The notes under the pieces: model-generated
Told to the model about the DNA's origin: nothing
The model's database searches: none
The model's input: only the letters and a program-made list of their open reading frames with translations
Program-made: the position numbers and the translations under genes
NCBI GenBank assembly: GCA_964057225.1
Contig: OZ059900.1
Span: 7,874,001 to 7,938,000 of the forward strand
Direction: 5' to 3'
Length of the DNA stretch: 64,000 bases
Origin: Auanema rhodensis
Lineage: Eukaryota > Animalia > Nematoda
Part shown: piece after piece, positions 58,020 through 64,000 of the stretch
Numbering within the stretch: position 1 is the first letter of the stretch
Layout: each line of letters opens with the position of its first letter

Positions 58020-61000
58020 CCTTTGAGATATGGATTTGGAATTCAGGATTCATAAACTTTGACTATTTTTACATATATATGTTCAATTTTAACCACTTTG
58101 GTCAAAAAGGACCGAAAATATCAAGAATTATTGGTTTTTTGGGGTTTGAAGGGCATTTTGGCTAAATCAGTCAAACTTTTGATCTTAAGCATATTTTTTT
58201 CTTCTAAAACGACTAAATGTATGAAATACTGTCATAGAATGTTCATATAGGTGTATTTTGCACGAATATCAAAACTGATTGAAATATGGGCCTTTTTATG
58301 TTCAAAACGCCATATATTCAACGATTTTGGGTACAAAACATGTGAAAACTGTATGTTTTGATCAGACCCTTTGAGATATGGATTTGGAATTCAGGATTCA
58401 TAAACTTTGACTATTTTTACATATATATGTTCAATTTTAACCACTTTGGTCAAAAAGGACCGAAAATATCAAGAATTATTGGTTTTTTGGGGTTTGAAGG
58501 GCATTTTGGCTAAATCAGTCAAACTTTTGATCTTAAGCATATTTTTTTCTTCTAAAACGACTAAATGTATGAAATACTGTCATAGAATGTTCATATAGGT
58601 GTATTTTGCACGAATATCAAAACTGATTGAAATATGGGTCTTTTTATGTTCAAAACGCCATATATTCAACGATTTTGGGTACAAAACATGTGAAAACTGT
58701 ATGTTTTGATCAGACCCTTTGAGATATGGATTTGAAATTCAGGATTCATAAACTTTGACTATTTTTACATATATATGTCCAATTTTAACCACTTTGGTCA
58801 AAAAGGACCGAAAATATCAAGAATTATTGGTTTTTTGGGGATTGAAGGGCATTTTGGCAAAATCAGTCAAACTTTTGATCTTAAGCATATTTTTTTCTTC
58901 TAAAACGACTAAATGTATGAAATACTGTCATAGAATGTTCATATAGGTGTATTTTGCACGAATATCAAAACTGATTGAAATATGGGCCTTTTTATGTTCA
59001 AAACGCCATATATTCAACGATTTTGGGTACAAAACATGTGAAAACTGTATGTTTTGATCAGACCCTTTGAGATATGGATTTGGAATTCAGGATTCATAAA
59101 CTTTGACTATTTTTACATATATATGTTCAATTTTAACCACTTTGGTCAAAAAGGACCGAAAATATCAAGAATTATTGGTTTTTTGGGGTTTGAAGGGCAT
59201 TTTGGCTAAATCAGTCAAACTTTTGATCTTAAGCATATTTTTTTCTTCTAAAACGACTAAATGTATGAAATACTGTCATAGAATGTTCATATAGGTGTAT
59301 TTTGCACGAATATCAAAACTGATTGAAATATGGGTCTTTTTATGTTCAAAACGCCATATATTCAACGATTTTGGGTACAAAACATGTGAAAACTGTATGT
59401 TTTGATCAGACCCTTTGAGATATGGATTTGAAATTCAGGATTCATAAACTTTGACTATTTTTACATATATATGTCCAATTTTAACCACTTTGGTCAAAAA
59501 GGACCGAAAATATCAAGAATTATTGGTTTTTTGGGGATTGAAGGGCATTTTGGCAAAATCAGTCAAACTTTTGATCTTAAGCATATTTTTTTCTTCTAAA
59601 ACGACTAAATGTATGAAATACTGTCATAGAATGTTCATATAGGTGTATTTTGCACGAATATCAAAACTGATTGAAATATGGGCCTTTTTATGTTCAAAAC
59701 GCCATATATTCAACGATTTTGGGTACAAAACATGTGAAAACTGTATGTTTTGATCAGACCCTTTGAGATATGGATTTGGAATTCAGGATTCATAAACTTT
59801 GACTATTTTTACATATATATGTTCAATTTTAACCACTTTGGTCAAAAAGGACCGAAAATATCAAGAATTATTGGTTTTTTGGGGTTTGAAGGGCATTTTG
59901 GCTAAATCAGTCAAACTTTTGATCTTAAGCATATTTTTTTCTTCTAAAACGACTAAATGTATGAAATACTGTCATAGAATGTTGATATAGGTGTATTTTG
60001 CACGAATATCGAAACTGATTGAAATATGGGCCTTTTTATGCTCAAAACGCCATATATTCAACGATTTTGGGTACAAAACATGTGAAAACTGTATGTTTTG
60101 ATCAGACCCTTTGAGATATGGATTTGAAATTCAGGATTCATAAACTTTGACTATTTTTACATATATATGTCCAATTTTAACCACTTTGGTCGAAAAGGAC
60201 CGAAAATATCAAGAATTATTGGTTTTTTGGGGATTGAAGGGCATTTTGGCAAAATCAGTCAAACTTTTGATCTTAAGCATATTTTTTTCTTCTAAAACGA
60301 CTAAATGTATGAAATACTGTCATAGAATGTTCATATAGGTGTATTTTGCACGAATATCAAAACTGATTGAAATATGGGCCTTTTTATGCTCAAAACGCCA
60401 TATATTCAACGATTTTGGGTACAAAACATGTGAAAACTGTATGTTTTGATCAGACCCTTTGAGATATAAATTTGAAATTCAGGATTCATAAACTTTGACT
60501 ATTTTTACATATATATGTCCAATTTTAACCACTTTGGTCAAAAAGGACCGAAAATATCAAGAATTATTGGTTTTTTGGGGTTTGAAGGGCATTTTGGCTA
60601 AATCAGTCAAACTTTTGATCTTAAGCATATTTTTTTCTTCTAAAACGACTAAATGTATGAAATACTGTCAAAGAATGTTCATATAGGTGTATTTTGCACG
60701 AATATCAAAACTGATTGAAATATGGGCCTTTTTATGCTCAAAACGCCATATATTCAACGATTTTGGGTACAAAACATGTGAAAACTGTATGTTTTGATCA
60801 GACCCTTTGAGATATGGATTTAAAATTCAGGATTCATAAAATTCGACTATTTTTACATATATATGTCCAATTTTAACCACTTTGGTCAAAAAGGACCGAA
60901 AATATCAAGAATTATTGGTTTTTTGGGGTTTGAAGGGCATTTTGGCAAAATCAGTCAAACTTTTGATCTTAAGCATATTTTTTTCTTCTAAAACGACTAA

Positions 61001-63100
61001 ATGTATGAAATACTGTCATAGAATGTTCATATAGGTGTATTTTGCACGAATATCAAAACTGATTGAAATATGGGCCTTTTTATGTTCAAAACGCCATATA
61101 TTCAACGATTTTGGGTACAAAACATGTGAAAACTGTATGTTTTGATCAGACCCTTTGAGATATGGATTTGAAATTCAGGATTCATAAACTTTGACTATTT
61201 TTACATATATATGTCCAATTTTAACCACTTTGGTCGAAAAGGACCGAAAATATCAAGAATTATTGGTTTTTTGGGGATTGAAGGGCATTTTGGCAAAATC
61301 AGTCAAACTTTTGATCTTAAGCATATTTTTTTCTTCTAAAACGACTAAATGTATGAAATACTGTCATAGAATGTTCATATAGGTGTATTTTGCACGAATA
61401 TCAAAACTGATTGAAATATGGGCCTTTTTATGTTCAAAACGCCATATATTCAACGATTTTGGGTACAAAACATGTGAAAACTGTATGTTTTGATCAGACC
61501 CTTTGAGATATGGATTTGGAATTCAGGATTCATAAACTTTGACTATTTTTACATATATATGTTCAATTTTAACCACTTTGGTCAAAAAGGACCGAAAATA
61601 TCAAGAATTATTGGTTTTTTGGGGTTTGAAGGGCATTTTGGCTAAATCAGTCAAACTTTTGATCTTAAGCATATTTTTTTCTTCTAAAACGACTAAATGT
61701 ATGAAATACTGTCATAGAATGTTCATATAGGTGTATTTTGCACGAATATCAAAACTGATTGAAATATGGGCCTTTTTATGTTCAAAACGCCATATATTCA
61801 ACGATTTTGGGTACAAAACATGTGAAAACTGTATGTTTTGATCAGACCCTTTGAGATATGGATTTGAAATTCAGGATTCATAAACTTTGACTATTTTTAC
61901 ATATATATGTCCAATTTTAACCACTTTGGTCAAAAAGGACCGAAAATATCAAGAATTATTGGTTTTTTGGGGATTGAAGGGCATTTTGGCAAAATCAGTC
62001 AAACTTTTGATCTTAAGCATATTTTTTTCTTCTAAAACGACTAAATGTATGAAATACTGTCATAGAATGTTCATATAGGTGTATTTTGCACGAATATCAA
62101 AACTGATTGAAATATGGGCCTTTTTATGTTCAAAACGCCATATATTCAACGATTTTGGGTACAAAACATGTGAAAACTGTATGTTTTGATCAGACCCTTT
62201 GAGATATGGATTTGGAATTCAGGATTCATAAACTTTGACTATTTTTACATATATATGTTCAATTTTAACCACTTTGGTCAAAAAGGACCGAAAATATCAA
62301 GAATTATTGGTTTTTTGGGGTTTGAAGGGCATTTTGGCTAAATCAGTCAAACTTTTGATCTTAAGCATATTTTTTTCTTCTAAAACGACTAAAGGTATGA
62401 AATACTGTCATAGAATGTTCATATAGGTGTATTTTGCACGAATATCAAAACTGATTGAAATATGGGTCTTTTTATGTTCAAAACGCCATATATTCAACGA
62501 TTTTGGGTACAAAACATGTGAAAACTGTATGTTTTGATCAGACCCTTTGAGATATGGATTTGAAATTCAGGATTCATAAACTTTGACTATTTTTACATAT
62601 ATATGTCCAATTTTAACCACTTTGGTCAAAAAGGACCGAAAATATCAAGAATTATTGGTTTTTTGGGGATTGAAGGGCATTTTGGCAAAATCAGTCAAAC
62701 TTTTGATCTTAAGCATATTTTTTTCTTCTAAAACGACTAAATGTATGAAATACTGTCATAGAATGTTCATATAGGTGTATTTTGCACGAATATCAAAACT
62801 GATTGAAATATGGGCCTTTTTATGTTCAAAACGCCATATATTCAACGATTTTGGGTACAAAACATGTGAAAACTGTATGTTTTGATCAGACCCTTTGAGA
62901 TATGGATTTGGAATTCAGGATTCATACACTTTGACTATTTTTACATATATATGTTCAATTTTAACCACTTTGGTCAAAAAGGACCGAAAATATCAAGAAT
63001 TATTGGTTTTTTGGGGATCGAAGGGCATTTTGGCAAAATCAGTCAAACTTTTGATCTTAAGCATATTTTTTTCTTCTAAAACGACTAAATGTATGAAATA
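58020..63100. repeat. Domain with a 696-bp dimer: an EcoRI-site/GCTAAA S-type monomer alternating with a GGGATTG monomer, interrupted at ~60.1-61.5 kb by four monomers of the upstream domain
   Basis: GAATTC occurs at 58039, 58387, 59083, 59779, 61519, 62215 and 62911, mostly 696 apart. The ORF track alternates ICS/ICP variants here. Confidence 0.85.
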
Positions 63101-64000
63101 CTGTCATAGAATGTTCATATAGGTGTATTTTGCACAAATATCAAAACTGATTGAAATATGGGCCTTTTTATGCTCAAAACGCCATATATTCAACGATTTT
63201 GGGTACAAAACATGTGAAAACTGTATGTTTTGATCAGACCCTTTGAGATATGGATTTGAAATTCAGCATTCATAAACTTTGACTATTTTTACATATATAT
63301 GTTCAATTTTAACCACTTTGGTCAAAAAGGACCGAAAATATCAAGAATTATTGGTTTTTTGGGGTTTGAAGGGCATTTTGGCAAAATCAGTCAAACTTTT
63401 GATCTTAAGCATATTTTTTTCTTCTAAAACGACTAAATGTATGAAATACTGTCATAGAATGTTCATATAGGTGTATTTTGCACGAATATCAAAACTGATT
63501 GAAATATGGGCCTTTTTATGCTCAAAACGCCATATATTCAACGATTTTGGGTACAAAACATGTGAAAACTGTATGTTTTGATCAGACCCTTTGAGATATG
63601 GATTTGAAATTCAGGATTCATAAACTTTGACTATTTTTACATATATATGTCCAATTTTAACCACTTTGGTCAAAAAGGACCGAAAATATCAAGAATTATT
63701 GGTTTTTTGGGGATTGAAGGGCATTTTGGCAAAATCAGTCAAACTTTTGATCTTAAGCATATTTTTTTCTTCTAAAACGACTAAATGTATGAAATACTGT
63801 CATAGAATGTTCATATAGGTGTATTTTGCACAAATATCAAAACTGATTGAAATATGGGCCTTTTTATGCTCAAAACGCCATATATTCAACGATTTTGGGT
63901 ACAAAACATGTGAAAACGGTATGTTTTGATCAGACCCTTTGAGATATGGATTTGAAATTCAGGATTCATAAACTTCGACTATTTCTACATATATATGTCC

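Larger units (their letters stand above)
1..64000. repeat. Tandem satellite DNA array, 348-bp monomer, ~184 head-to-tail copies, no boundary inside the window; candidate centromeric/pericentromeric satellite of unidentified family
   Basis: AATATCAAGAATTATTGG recurs at 1, 349, 697 ... 1741 ... 62641 (=1+180x348). All 63-aa ORF starts fall at 639+348n (63627-639=181x348). Consensus GC is about 106/348. Orientation is the same throughout and no unique sequence is seen. The centromeric role is inference only. Confidence 0.99.

Noticed and set aside
24602-63079. 65-aa ORFs (MIRPFEIW...)
   Set aside because: They arise only where the A>G EcoRI allele turns TGA into TGG and the GCTAAA stop is absent, so they are incidental.
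639-63818. About 90 copies of a 63-75 aa + strand ORF (MTIFTYIC...)
   Set aside because: They start at TTG, not ATG, and appear or disappear with the TTG/TCG polymorphism or loss of an upstream TAA. I recognise no domain, most variants change amino acids, and the ORFs simply follow the 348-bp lattice. They are useful only as haplotype markers.
1-64000. CRISPR array or other repeat-spacer system
   Set aside because: There are no unique spacers. The entire 348 bp is repeated and no cas or other genes are present.
1-64000. Tandem 5S rRNA, tRNA, snRNA or spliced-leader gene array
   Set aside because: At about 30% GC, I see no recognisable 5S, tRNA, U-snRNA or SL sequence and no convincing Pol III A/B boxes. 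An Rfam/Infernal scan would settle this.
1-64000. Assignment to known ~350-360 bp satellites (e.g. Drosophila 359-bp/1.688 family)
   Set aside because: Only the length and AT richness are similar. I could not recognise sequence similarity, so no family or taxon is claimed.
1-64000. Monomer order as a deliberate information-encoding or programmed system
   Set aside because: The pattern of nested local duplications and shared alleles is explained by ordinary unequal exchange and gene conversion. Nothing in the sequence requires a new mechanism.

Overview
The whole 64,000-bp window is one uninterrupted, head-to-tail tandem array of a 348-bp AT-rich satellite monomer. It holds about 183.9 copies, is about 30% GC by hand count of the consensus, and monomers differ by only a few substitutions. 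It looks like the interior of a large, highly homogenised eukaryotic satellite array, plausibly centromeric or pericentromeric, but I do not recognise the family or host. I found no credible protein-coding gene, RNA gene, mobile element, CRISPR array, inversion or insertion. All ORFs in the supplied track are by-products of the repeat. I found no novel gene system here. The information lies in the substitution pattern: a perfectly kept 348-bp phase, a small alphabet of monomer types in a recurring order, local higher-order repeats (2-, 5- and 6-mers) that change along the array, blocks copied over 5-30 kb, a possible CpG-deamination signature, and a weak dyad symmetry within the monomer. All variant calls were made by eye. 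'Offset' means position within monomers that start at 1+348k.
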